NCBI RefSeq assembly: GCF_006345805.1
Contig: NC_043005.1
Location: forward strand, 102,176,001 to 102,240,000
DNA from: Octopus sinensis
Lineage: Eukaryota
Direction: 5' to 3'
Length of the DNA stretch: 64,000 bases
Of this stretch, positions 27,132-40,558 are shown piece by piece (the first letter of the stretch is position 1; every line of letters begins with the position of its first letter). The position numbers and the translations under genes were made by a program. The notes beneath the pieces were generated by a model, which saw only the letters and a program-made list of their open reading frames with translations, did no database searches and was not told the DNA's origin.

Positions 27132-27236
<105 letters not shown>

Positions 27237-28088
27237 TATATACATGCATATATACACACATACACACGCACCATATAAATTGCAGACATGGACACTCACA
27301 TAAACGCACACGCGTACACTCACATATACGTATATATAATGTAACAAAGACCACATGATCTTATATCGCATCGAAAATAAAATATGAACGACATCAAAAA
27401 CTGGATCTGACCAGTAAAACGATTTTTCACAGTAAAATATGATTGTTTTTTTCTTTACTACAAAACCCCTTTCAGCTAAAACATACACTAACATATATTC
27501 AGTAACCCTATTTTTTATACGAGGCCTTCTTTTCTGTCTCTTTTCGTGTTGTGCATATAAAATTCACCTTTTGAAAACATAAAATACTTTCCCAGCGTAA
27601 CTTTTATATGAAAACTTTTATGTGAACATTATTCGTCTTTTTACTTTCACATATATAAATATATGAAATAAATATTAAACTCCGACGTTAAAAAATAAAA
27701 CGTATTATTTTTTTCTTTTTCAAACGTGTATCTGTGAGTGTGTGTGTGTGTGTGTATGTGTGCGTGTATATGCGTATGTATAAAAACTTAGCTAGTTTTC
27801 AACTATAATGTCTTTTATTGTTTCCTTATATTTACACACACACCACACACACACACACATATTATATATAGTTCAAATTTACAGAAGACAAAAGCGAAGA
27901 CAGGTATGGGAACAACAAACAAATGTATTAGTCTGACGTTCGGAAGGATGGCTAAGTCTTTGACGTTTTTTGTGTCCGCTCTTTGATTCAAAGGATTGAG
28001 AGGAAAAGAATGGAAAGAGAATGGAACAAACAAACAAAAAGAGAGAAACAATGTGTAGGGGTTAACGTTTTAACATGATGGAAAGCAT

Positions 28089-28350
28089 AGGCGTGGCTGT
28101 GTGGTAAGAAGCTTGCTTCCCAACTACATGCGGGCCGACCAAAACCTTGTGAGAGGAACTGGTAGACGGAAAGAAGCCTATCGTATATATAGGCATGTTT
28201 TTATGTTAGTGTACCTGTGTTTGTTCTACCCGCCTCGTTTGATAACCGATGTTAGTGTGCTTATGTTTTCTTAATTTAGCGGTTCGGCAAAAGAAACCGA
28301 TAGAATAAGAACTAGGCTTGCAAATAATAAGCCATAGGGTCAATTTCTTC
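28089..28350 (+). mobile_element. SINE family C, internally deleted and degraded
   Basis: AGGCGTGGCTGTGTGGTAAGAAGCTTGCTTCCCAAC..GGGCCGACCAAAACCTTGTGAG..GCGGTTCGGCAAAAGAAACCGATAGAATAAG. Confidence 0.8.
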
Positions 28351-29065
28351 TTATAGAAATATATATATGTGTATATACTGTTGTGTCTGGGGAGAGCCAT
28401 TTTCTTTTTGTGCCTTATAACTTAACACACTCACCGGTAAAATTTCCACTTCTTATTTTTATAGGAAAACAACAATAAGAAATAGTGGAAATAAAAATGA
28501 GAAATAAGTGGAAAGTTAAAAGCTACTTTGCAGTGAACCTAAAGCTTGGCAACAAATATTTAAATTTGTGATAGTATACAATTACAGACCATTCGAAAGT
28601 GCCATTTTATCGATATATATTAAGAGAGGAACTTATAACAATTCTCTGTAGAGTCAAACCTGTAATATGGCTATTATGGAGGGTGTGACTAACTAACTAA
28701 GAGATATCACAGAAATTTATATGCAGATACGTAACTGGGTCAATCGGTTATATTTATTTATCATTAATAATTTGTAGAACTTACATAAGTGTACATATAT
28801 GTATACATATTTTTATTCTTTCTTTTTTCTTTTACTTGTTTTAGTTATTTTACTGTGGTCATACTGGGGCACCACCTTTTAGTGAAACAAATCGACCCCA
28901 GGAAATTGTGTTTCGTACTAAAGTTATACAGCTATTATTAAATTATCATTAATAACAATAGAGGCGAGAGAGAGTGAGAGAGTGGGAGACTATTGCAAAT
29001 GAAATCGGAAAGTGTCGCCCGCAACGAATTAATATTGTTTATTATTAAACATCAAAATCTACCCT

Positions 29066-29180
29066 GCAGTGAATGCAATGAATATCTAAATTTGCTAAGA
29101 ATTGGACGCAGTGAATGCAATGAATATTTAAATTTATGAAAAATTGCACGCTGTGAATGCAATGAATATTTAAATTTGAG
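29066..29180. repeat. 42-bp minisatellite, ~3 copies
   Basis: GC(A/T)GTGAATGCAATGAATAT(C/T)TAAATTT starts at 29066, 29108 and 29150. Confidence 0.9.
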
Positions 29181-29329
29181 GGAAAATGAGGTTAAAAAAT
29201 TCAATAAACTTCAGAAATCCAAATTATAAGAAATTCCTTAGGACATGAATTTATGGTCAAGCCTTTAATAGTTGCTTTCTTTTAGTACTTTTAGTAACTG
29301 CCATACACCTAATTAATAAGCAGCTTTCT

Positions 29330-29510
29330 CAAGTATTATGTAGATACCAAATGGAGCGCTTGATTTTGTAAGTAAATATTTTACTGTCGGTCTGGATAAG
29401 CTGGGATTTTCAGAAAAAGAAATCAACCAGCTTATTCACAAATTACAAATACATTCTGTAAGAGGACCTGTGAAACTGTGCAAGATTTTCCTCAGCTTTA
29501 AAAGTTGATT
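29330..29510 (+). mobile_element. R4-type (RLE) LINE C-terminal relic
   Basis: GALDFVSKYFTVGLDKLGFSEKEINQLIHKLQIHSVRGPVKLCKIFLSFKS* (29353-29508) resembles the C-terminus of the 39976-40558 element. Confidence 0.7.
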
Positions 29511-29634
29511 ATGTTTTCGTTATCTATTTTCCAATGATGGAGTTTTGTATCTTTATTAGAAACCAGCGCTTTTTCAGATGACGGATTTAAATGATTTAAT
29601 ACAGAAGAGATATACATACATATGTACACATACA

Positions 29635-29723
<89 letters not shown>

Positions 29724-31624
29724 TATATATACTTGTACATATATTCTGATTTGGGGAAGTTTTAACATATTCAACTTGCTTTGGCTGATATTCCGGACAT
29801 AAATTATGGGCTGGATATCACAAGTAATTCGCCATCTTTTATCAATAAATCCGCTAGCGTATACAGCTTTGATACAACAGAAAATGTTCGGCTTCGCTTG
29901 CCTCTCACTGCAGTACAAGTTCACTTCGTTATCCTTTAATATGCAGGGTAAAGAATACTAAATGCATTTAAGAGACCATTCTTTTGAAGACCGTCATTCA
30001 CCCCATTAATACATCGAGGTTTTTCATTTGTGCATTCATTTAGCTCGCATTGAGCGGGTCTAAAGGGCAAAATTATCAGAACTCAACCTGACATTCGATA
30101 TTTGGTTCCTTTACTTCATGAATCTTCTGAATATAAACGGCTCTGTTTGGTTTTGCGTTCAACCATTTCGGAATCGATAAAATAAAAGTAGTAATATATT
30201 TAGGCGGGTCTAATTGAATGCATTGCAATCTCCAAAGTGTGGCCATAATTTGAAAGTTATGAATTGCGACATCTATTCAGCAACTATTATCCTGTAGTTT
30301 ATAATGTATTAAAGCTGGTAAAGGCGGCATATCGGTAAAGTTATTAGGGTGTCGGTTAGAGCGCTTTGCACTATTTAATCTTGCAATCCAAAGGTCATCT
30401 TCGCCTTTACGGGTCTGAGGACCGAGAAAGGACCGTTCAGATCGAACCGTATCAAAATTTTCACCAATCCACTATAAACACATTTAAGAAAGATAAATAA
30501 AACTGGTATAAATATAAAAGATAAACCGTATTCTAAACCCATGGATTACACAGCACTCAATATTGGTCATGTAAACTGGAATTGAAGAGGTTGTGTATTG
30601 CTAACAGAATAAGATGAATTTATTTTATTGCTAAGAGAATCAGTTGAATGCATTTTATTGAAACCGTTATTTATTTATTTAGTTAGTTAGTTGGTTATTC
30701 ATTCATTTATTTATTTCTTAAAATTAACATGTATAACACCGGAGAGTGTTTTAAACAACAGTTCTGAAAATATGCGGAGATGAGTGAACGCCACGAGCTA
30801 TTTCTTCTGACGTCACAGTGATTCTACCTTCAGCTGTTGCCGTAAGAAAAGTGCGTAAAATATTTCACACAAACTGGCTCTACCTCTACACATGCTCCAT
30901 CACGTTAATAAAAACTCTCGAATAGGTAATCACTAGCCAGCATTCTTCTCTCTCTAACTTACGCGTGAGCTGCATTCCCACCCTGCCTTGTCTAGCAGTG
31001 CTTCAACGTATCTAAACAGGTTGTGTAAAAGTTTAGCGTAATCCTGTCAAATTCACCAGTTTCTTGTCTTCTTAACTCCCATATTGCTCTCTCCTCTCCC
31101 GGCCCCAAACTGGTCGCTTTTTCTGACCAATCTGTGCCTCCGGATGCTTCACCATCACAAGTTATACATCAACATATTGCGTGTCAATCAGGCTTCTGAT
31201 GGTTACTGGGAAAACTACATCCCACATAAACTATACAAATTAACAAACCCGTTTGATAGACTCAAAAGTCAGTTACACAGAATGAGGCTCAAATAAAATC
31301 AAATATGTTTCACAACTCACCTACGGTTATTCAAAGCTAATTTATTTAAAAAAAATTATCCGAAAACGTTGGCTTACCTTTGTATTTTAAGGTATTATTA
31401 CCTATGAAACGATAAATGTAAAAATCGTGTAACTGTGAGATTACTTTAACTGATCGATTCAGCGAAACACACATAGAGAAAATTACACGTAGATATGTTG
31501 AATCTATATTCAACATAAATCCTTTTATTGATATGTAAATATGGATGCATATACATGTGTGTATATATATACATACACGCATACATACACACACACACAC
31601 ACACACACACTCATATATATATAT

Positions 31625-31691
<67 letters not shown>

Positions 31692-32333
31692 TATGCATAT
31701 ATATGTATTTACATTTACACACACTTTTACAACCACACACATAATACTATGGTGGTGTTTAAGTATGTGTGTAAAGGAAGCAGCTGTTCCTTTGAAAACG
31801 CCAAGATTAAGACATGACCATGTTCTAGTTTAGATATCTTTTAAAAAATTTTTTTGCTACTACCTTATACAGTCAAGAATTCTCAAGAAAATAAAAATAA
31901 TTTCCAAGAAATAAACCTAAATCACAGTCGTGTATTCGATGTTACATGTTTAAATAAGAACATGTTCCCATGTATGTATATGTGAGTGCTTGGGTGTATT
32001 TCTGTTTGTGTGTGTGTGTGTGTATGTGTTTGTGTGTGTGTGAACGAGCATTTTTGTCGATATGCGTGTAAGAGGGCGTATGTGTGTGTTTGTGTGTAAG
32101 TGGGTGTATGGTTGTGAATGTGGTGTATATGGTGCCAGATGAGGATGACGAAGTTTGTGATAGTTTTTATTTCTTTAATGTTCCTTCAAGTTTCTTCAGT
32201 TCTCTATAAACAAACTGCAGCAAGTTCACGAACACAGGTTGGAAAAAAGTTTTAAAAATCTAACAGTCAACAGCAACAAAAAAATTTCCCAACAACTCAG
32301 ATGATAAGGAGAAAGATCTTGATGATGTTCTTG

Positions 32334-32382
<49 letters not shown>

Positions 32383-32389
32383 TAATAAC

Positions 32390-32435
<46 letters not shown>

Positions 32436-32438
<3 letters not shown>

Positions 32439-33029
32439 CTGATCCAGATAGCAGCAAAACTATATTTAAGGAAGCTGACAAATACAAACAAGAAATCATA
32501 CCACCTAATAAACATGAAGAAGAAGAAGAAGATGAAGAAACAACAAAAGCTATAAAACAAATGAAATCCAAACTAAAAATAGAACAGCAACGAGCCATGA
32601 TAAAACGATGGCAAGAAAAGCCCCTTCATGGTAAATACTGGACTAAACTAAACGCAAAAGAAATAGACAAAGAAAAATCCCAGCAATGGTTGAGAAGCTC
32701 AGGAATTTTGGAGAAACTCTCAAAATACAAAGACCTGGAAATAGAGGTAACTAGAATGTGGAACCTGAAAACAGAAACAATTCCTATCATAGTAGGCGCA
32801 TTAGGCATGATAAAAAAATATTCAGACAAATACATAACAAAAACACCAGGACTTACAAACACATATAACATACAGAAAATTGCACTACTAGGCACTGCAC
32901 ACATCCTACGCAGAACACTTTCCATACGATAACCATCAGAGCATCACAACAAATCACAGCACATACCCAAGGCACACAGAGCTGCGCTCGGTAGTGAAGT
33001 GAAAGCACGCTATAAATATAAAACTACTG
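32436..33029 (+). mobile_element. R4/Dong-type LINE, 5'-truncated copy 1 with internal deletion
   Basis: Colinear with 36917-37980 except for two deletions; the larger removes the zinc knuckle and RLE motif at ...GCTCAGGA|ATTT|TGGAGAAAC. Same 3' UTR, with (TAA)n on both sides. Confidence 0.9.
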
Positions 33030-33053
33030 AATAATAATAATAATTATAATAAT

Positions 33054-33123
<70 letters not shown>

Positions 33124-33126
<3 letters not shown>

Positions 33127-34175
33127 GCAGCAAAACACGAGCAAAACAAAAAACTGTTCTCAGTATTTAAGGAAGCTGACAAATACAAACAAGAAATCAT
33201 ACCACCTAATAAACACAAAGAAGAAGAAGATGATGATGAAGAAACAACAAAAGCTATAAAACAAATGAAATCCAAACTAAAAATAGAACAGCAACGAGCC
33301 ATGATAAAACGATGGCAAGAAAAGCCCCTTCATGGTAAATACTGCACTAAACTAAACGCAAAAGAAATAGACAAAGAAAAATCCCAGCAATGGTTGAGAA
33401 GCTCAGGACTCAAAGCAGAAACAGAGGGATTTTTTATTGCAGCACAAGACCAAAGCCTCCCCACCAGAAATTACCAAAAACATGTAATGAAGAGAAATAT
33501 TACAAGTAACTGCAGAATGTGTGGAGATGGACAAGAAACAATAAATCATATTATCTCTAGCTGCCCAGTCCTGGCTAAGAAGGAATATATTCACAGACAT
33601 GACAGAGTTGGAACCTACATACATTGGAAGCTATGCCAACATTATGGAATAACAACAGAAAAAAGATGGTATAGGCACACACCAAAAAAGGTCGCAGAAA
33701 ACGAGAAAGCAACCATACTCTGGGATATGCCGATACACACAGATAGAGAAATTAAGGCCAACAGACCAGATATAGTTGTCAGAGATCATGAAGAAAAAAA
33801 ATGCTTTCTAATTGATGTATCAATACCGGCAGATGACAACGTGTCTCTAAAAGAAATGGAGAAACTCTCAAATACAAGACCTGGAAATAGAGGTAACTAG
33901 AATGTGGAACCTGAAAACAGAAACAATTCCTATCATAGTAGGTGCATTAGGCATGATAAAAAAATATTCAGACAAATACATAACAAAAACACCAGGACTT
34001 ACAAACACATATAACATACAGAAAATTGCACTACTAGGCACTGCACACATCCTACGCAGAACACTTTCCATACAATAACCATCAGAGCATCACAACAAAT
34101 CACAGCACATACCCAAGGCACACAGAGCTGCGCTCGGTAGTGAAGTGAAAGCACGCTATAAAAATAAAACTACTG
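33124..34175 (+). mobile_element. R4/Dong-type LINE, 5'-truncated copy 2 (CCHC knuckle and RLE)
   Basis: ORF 33265-33900 contains CRMCGDGQETINHIISSC and RPDIVVRD..LIDVSIPADDN..KEMEK. There is a -1 frameshift near 33876. (TAA)n on both sides. Confidence 0.93.
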
Positions 34176-34197
34176 AATAATAATAATAATAATAATG

Positions 34198-34585
34198 ATA
34201 GATCAGGAAAGAAGGACTTGCTTACTTATCGACCTATCATGTCTATTTGATTCCAGGATCGTAAAGAAAGAGGAAGAAAAACAGAAAAATAGAATCCCCT
34301 AAAGTTTGAAATAGGAAGAATTTGGAGGATGCGAACAGTAAAGATCGTGCTTATAATAATTGGTGTGCTGGGATTAGTAAGCCAAGATACCGACAAATGG
34401 CTTCAGAATGCCCTGTAAAGCTCCTACAGAAAGTTTGTCTCTTAGGGACAGTTAAGTACTATTAGGAGGGTTCTAAGCACTTTAAAGAATGCTGAAAACT
34501 AGTGGATAACTAATGTTACGGGCACCAAACAGCCCTCTACGTAATCCCTACCAGGAATAACACCGAACCTGAGACAAACCACAAT
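34198..34585 (+). mobile_element. Second, diverged R4-type family, RLE C-terminal fragment
   Basis: IDQERRTCLLIDLSCLFDSRIVKKEEEK ... LKFEIGRIWRMRTVKIVLIIIGVLG ... LLQKVCLLGT. It begins at the end of a (TAA)n tract. Confidence 0.75.
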
Positions 34586-35376
34586 ACTACTAATAATGGG
34601 GGAAAATGCCTAGGTATGTATTATGCGCACAACAAATATAGAGGCAGACATACAGCGAAAACTGCCGTCAAATGCATTAATCTTTCACCTCTCGAATATT
34701 CACTAAGTGTATTTATCTAAACAATGTGTGAAATGAAATAAGTAAGCATGGAAATAGCATGACGGCAATAACATGTACGTAATAATGTTTCAGTGTTGTT
34801 TACTTTGACAGTGAATCGCTTCGAGATGTTTACAAGCAAAGAATGGTGTATTGTGGCGGCAGAAAGTTGCATTCAGGAAAGACACGCATAAAAGCAACGT
34901 GAAAATCTAAGTAAAAGTGCATTTATCGCGAAACAAATATAAATATCAACAATAGCAGCTGTACTTAGATGAAATGTTTTGTAATTGCATAGAATATGTA
35001 CACTCAGTACCTTCTTAATTAGTATTATTGAAACTTATACGGTCATTTATACTCATACAGTCGACTTTGGTAAGAACTGTAAATATTGTAATTTATATAT
35101 TAATATGTGTATATTTATGATTGCTGCAGACAAACGATTAGCAGTTTTTCAGATGTTATGATTATGATGTTCATGATCAAGATAATAGTGATCGTGAGGA
35201 AGATAGAAAGAACATTCTCTGTAATGATAGTAGCAGTAATAATAGTGATTATGAGGATGATGATGATGATGATGATGATTCTACTACTGCCACCACCACC
35301 ACGACCACCATCACCGCTACTACTACTACTACTACTACTACTACTATAATAATACTACTACTACTACTACTACTAG

Positions 35377-35535
35377 TTGATTACACTACTGCTCAGCTTG
35401 TACTTATTTTATCGATCTCGAAACATGAAAGGCAAAGTCGACCTTAGAGACATTTATGTTTATAACATTAAACTAGGATGAATGCCGCTATGTAATTTAT
35501 CCGGTATGCTAACGATTTTGCCAGCCCTCTGCTTT
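35377..35535 (-). mobile_element. Degraded SINE with family-A head and body
   Basis: TATCGATCTCGAAACATGAAAGGCAAAGTCGACC ... ATGCTAACGATTTTGCCAGC. Confidence 0.7.
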
Positions 35536-35550
35536 AATAACAATAACAAT

Positions 35551-35620
<70 letters not shown>

Positions 35621-35655
35621 TAATAATAATGATGATAATAATAATAATAATAATA

Positions 35656-37980
35656 GGTTGAAATATCTAACAGGAATGCACAAAAAGCTGGTTGAAACCT
35701 TTAACAACATACTAGCAGAGCCAGAGACAATGCCTGAATGGCTCACGAAGGGGAAAAACCATCTTAATTCCCAAATCAAATGAAGCAGCAAAACCAGAAA
35801 ACTACAGACCAATAACCTGCCTCGCTACTATGTTCAAGGCATTTACTACAGTGATATCGCAAAGGCTGAACAAGCACCTAGACGAAAACAAACTGTTCCC
35901 AGAAGAGCAGAAAGGATGCCGCAAAGGCTCATATGGCTGTAAAGATCAACTAATGATTAATAAAGCCATAACTGAAGACAGCCACAGAAAGAAGAAAGGC
36001 CTCAGTATGGTCTGGATTGACTACAAAGAGGCGTTTGATAGCATCCCCCACACATGGATCCTCGAAACACTAGCCATTAACAAAGTAGCACCAACAATCA
36101 TAAAATTTATAGAGCACTCTATGAATAAATGGCAAACAGTCCTACACCTCCAAACAAAAGAGGGACTCATGAAAACCAAAGACATCCCCTTTAGAATAGG
36201 AATATTCCAGGGAGACACGATCTCTCCACTCCTTTTCTGCTTGGCACTGTCACCTCTATCTGATATACTAAATAGAACTGGATGCGGATATAAATGTTAC
36301 GGCAAAACGATCGGCCACCTTTTATATATGGATGACCTAAAACTATAAGCTGCAAATGACAAACAGCTGGAAACACTATTAAAGACAGTTCATGGATTTA
36401 CCAAAGAAATAGATATGAAATTCGGATTAGAAAAATGCGCCAAAGTAACCATGAAAAGAGGAAAACTAGTTAAGAGTAACAACATCACACTAAATAAAAC
36501 CAATGAAATAAAAGAATTAGTCCAAAGACAAACTTACAAATACTTAGGAATCCATGAACTAGATAAGACACAACACACACAAATGAAAGAGAAAATAAAA
36601 AAAGAATATTACAGACGAGTTAGATCAATACTAAAAACAGAGCTCAATGCTAAAAACAAGATACTAGGTATCAACACTTTAGCTGTCCCAGTTATAAGTT
36701 ACAGCTACAATATCCTTAACTGGACACGAAATGAACTGACCAAAATAGATAGGAAAACAAGAAAAATAATGACAGGATCTAGGATGCATCATCCAAAATC
36801 TGACATAGAAAGACTATATATACAACGTATAGAAGGTGGTAGAGGCCTTATACAGCTGGAAAACTACTATAAAATAACCACCATAGGACTGCAAAAATAT
36901 CTACTTCAGAAGGAAGGAAAACTGATCCAGATAGCGGCAAAACACGAGCAAAACAAAAAACTATTCTCAGTATTTAAGGAAGCTGACAAATACAAACAAG
37001 AAATCATACCACCTAATAAATATGAAGAAGAAGAAGAAGAAGATGAAGAAACAACAAAAGCTATAAAACAAATGAAATCCAAACTAAAAATAGAACAGCG
37101 ACGAACCATGATAAAACGATGGCAAGAAAAACCCCTTCATGGTAAATACTGCACTAAACTAAACGCAAAAGAAATAGACAAAGAAAAATCCCAGCAATGG
37201 TTGAGAAGTTCAGGACTCAAAGCAGAAACAGAGGGATTTTTAATTACAGCACAAGACCAAAACCTCCCCACCAGAAATTACCAAAAACATGTAATGAAAA
37301 GAAATATTACAAATAACTGCAGAATATCTGGAGATGGAGAAGAAACAATAAATCATATTATCTCTAGCTGCCCAGTCCTGGCTAAGAAGGAATATATTCA
37401 CAGACATGACAGAGTTTGAACCTACATACATTGGAAGCTATGCCAACATTATGGAATAACAACAGAAAAAAGATGGTATAGGCACACACCAGAAAAGGTC
37501 GCAGAAAACGAGAAAGTAACCATACTCTGGGATATGCCGATACACACAGATAGAGAAATTAAGGCCAACAGACCAGATATAGTTGTCAGAGATCATGAAG
37601 GAAAAAAATGCTTTCTAATTGATGTATCAATACCGGCAGATGACAACGTGTCTCTAAAAGAAATGGAGAAACTCTCAAAATACAAAGACCTGGAAATAGA
37701 GGTAACTAGAATGTGGAATCTGAAAACAGAAACAATTCCTATGATAGTAGGTGCATTAGGCATGATAAAAAAATATTCAGACAAATACATAACAAAAGCA
37801 CCAAGACTTACAAACACATATAACATACAGAAAATTGCACTACTAGGCACTGCACACATCCTACGCAGAACACTTTCCATACAATAACCATCAGAGTATC
37901 ACAACAAATCACAGCACATACCCAAGGCACACAGAGCTGCGCTCGGTAGTGAAGTGAAAGCACGCTATAAATATAAAACT
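35656..37980 (+). mobile_element. R4/Dong-type non-LTR retrotransposon, 5'-truncated and inactivated (RT, CCHC, RLE)
   Basis: RT motifs NYRPITCL, WIDYKEAFDSIPH, GIFQGDTISPLLF, LLYMDDLKL, FGLEKC and YKYLG; knuckle ETINHIISSC; RLE RPDIVV..LIDVSIP. Nonsense codons at 36346 (probably TAT to TAA) and 37417 (GGA to TGA versus copy 2), and a +1 frameshift near 35755. (TAA)n on both sides. Confidence 0.95.
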
Positions 37981-38004
37981 ATATAAAAACTAATAATAAT
38001 AATA

Positions 38005-38067
<63 letters not shown>

Positions 38068-38100
38068 TAATAATAATAATAATAATAATAATAATTATAA

Positions 38101-38173
<73 letters not shown>

Positions 38174-38182
38174 ATTATTATT

Positions 38183-38636
38183 ATTGAGTGAGAGAGCAGT
38201 TCATGCCATCAAAGTGACACTGGGGTAAAATATACGAAGCCCAGTATACCCATCATGACAACCCCTCTGATAAAGGTACACCAGGGACATGCATCACAAC
38301 CATATGTGCGCGACATGGTGATCTCATATCAAGATAAACAGCACATGACCTGGCAGGTGGGGCCCAGTTAGAATTTTCTTCAGGTTGAGTAGCCCATCCC
38401 GCTCAAACGGTCCCTGAATAAGGGTTGTTTAAGGATGTTGAAAGAACCACTCATGTTTCCAGAGGTGAACTATTCAGACCCCAAAGAATCCCTCTCAACA
38501 CATGGCTATGATGCTTCCCCACTACCTCTGCTCGTGATCAGAGATGCACATATCGTCAGCCACTAAGGGACATGCTCAACTGGTTAAGGTCAAACAACTG
38601 ACAAGCAAATCTGTGGTATTGAGCAGAATATTTGCT
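38183..38636 (-). mobile_element. Non-coding repeat flanked by (ATT)n, probably a non-autonomous retroelement
   Basis: 38542-38633 is the reverse complement (~88% by eye) of 39515-39610, and both copies abut TAA/ATT tracts. No ORF. Strand is inferred from the tract orientation. Confidence 0.55.
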
Positions 38637-38652
38637 TATCATTATTATTATT

Positions 38653-39100
38653 GATACTTCCAAGCACGCCAATCACTATTGGTACGACATCCACTTTCTT
38701 TATAGCTCTCACCTCTGCATTTTCCATTTCAGATCATCATATTTCTTCACTTTTTCTTCTTTCTCTTTGATTCTGTTGTCACCAAGACGTTTTGTGAATT
38801 ATCAGACTTGGCTTTTTCTCTTTTTTTTTCGCTTCATCACACCAACTTCAGGTTTCCGATGTGTCTGGTGGTCACATAAAGTTATTGCATTCCACAAGAT
38901 TTTGCGAGCCTTATTTTCAAGTAACTCTTTCTGAGATTTGGTCAAGACATGTCTTTGATCTGTCTCGGCCAGAATTTCCATGAGCTCCTGATGGCTCATT
39001 CCTTTCACATTGTCATGTTACCCTCTGTATTCACGTACAAATTTCAGGCATTGACTAACAATGTGCCACATTGTTTCACCCCTGTCCCCTATATTGACAT
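38653..39100 (-). mobile_element. Third diverged R4-type family, knuckle and RLE fragment
   Basis: Minus-strand GDRGETMWHIVSQC..EYRG*HDNV, LENKARKILWNAITLCDHQ, RKPEV, KKYDDLKW and VDVVPIVIGVLGS. It ends at an (ATT)n tract. Confidence 0.8.
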
Positions 39101-39367
39101 AATTATATTTTGAACCTGTTGAAGACACACAAGATGTCGAAAATCATTCACCAGATGACAATGACACTCTTCTTGTAATTTTGGCTGTATATCTTCTGGT
39201 GGAGTTACCTCAATTATTTATATATTTACCAAAATGAAGTAGATTGAAAAAATTATTTTTTGAACCTCTTAATGACTCACAAAATGTCGAAATATCGTTC
39301 AAAAGATGACAGTGGCACTCTTTTTACAATTTTAATCTAATAATAATACTAATAAATGATAATAATA

Positions 39368-39433
<66 letters not shown>

Positions 39434-39916
39434 CAACAACAACACCAGGCAGTGGCTCCCATGGCTTCTGATCATAACTGATTGGAAGTCTTTGTATTAC
39501 AGATGGTCTACAGTAAATATTCTGCTCAATACTACAGATTTGCTTGTCAGTTGTTTGACCTTAACCAGTTGAGTATGTCTCTTGGTGGTTGACGATATAT
39601 ATGCACATCTTATTGTACATTACGTCTGAGAGCAACGGATTGGCAGAATATTTGGAGACTTAGATTAAAATGGCTTGCGTCATTTGTTCCTGGTGTTTAC
39701 ATTCTTAGTACAAGAGCTGCCAACATCAAATTTACGTTTCAACTTTTCGAGGTCGATAAAATAAGGTATTAATCACGATTGACACCGACGGTGTTCAGGA
39801 ACATTCTGCACTCGAATTGCTGGATTTCTACCCAAATCAGAAAATCATTATTGCTTTTAGCGTCGTCTCTTTTTATTGAAAAGATTATGTATATACTTAC
39901 ATTTATACATACATGC

Positions 39917-39949
<33 letters not shown>

Positions 39950-39975
39950 TGTATGTAGTTATGTATGTATGTATG

Positions 39976-40558
39976 TCATTCTTCAGTTTTATTTCAAGAT
40001 TTCTTGCTAATAGAGAAAGAGTCGGTCTCTAACTTAGATCCAAGTCTCCATCAATGGAATTTCAACATCAACAGCAGGGTATTCTTGTTTGTATGTATGT
40101 GTGTATAAGTGCAGGTTTGTATGTTTTGTTTTATGTATGTATTCTCATGCGTATAGTTACATATCTAGACATGCTCATATATGTTTAAATGATAGACTTC
40201 TGGAAAGTTTTAAGGATTTTTACAGTTTCAGTGATGGATTGGATCTGTGGTCTTCGAATTAGCTTTCTCTTTTCTGGTTTTCCTCGAGAATCGTAATTAG
40301 GCAGTGTGTTCTTCGAGATTGGTAATTAGGTAGTGTGTTACGTATCCCAGGGCCCCAATAATTACAGTTATAAACCTAAACTTGTAATCTGGATAGAGTA
40401 ACTGCAGATTTCTCAATAGTACATTGAGTATTCTCTTTTTCACTGATCTTCAGCTTTACGTTAACATCCGTTATACACAGTTTCTCTTCTTATCCCAAAT
40501 CATTATATCAGGCCTGTTGTGCTTACATTTTATTGAGGTCTTCACTGGGACATTCCAC
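39976..40558 (-). mobile_element. R4-type LINE 3' fragment (RLE and 3' UTR) flanked by (CATA)n
   Basis: Minus-strand WNVPVKTSIKCKHNRPDIMIWD, LLRNLQLLYPDYKFRFITVIIGALGYV and LIRRPQIQSITETVKILKTFQKSII*. (TATG)n lies at 39913-39975 and 40563-40660. Confidence 0.85.

Noticed and set aside
29066-29180. Three spaced repeats superficially like a CRISPR array
   Set aside because: The 14-nt intervening parts are short and related to each other, the context is eukaryotic and there are no cas genes. It is a minisatellite.
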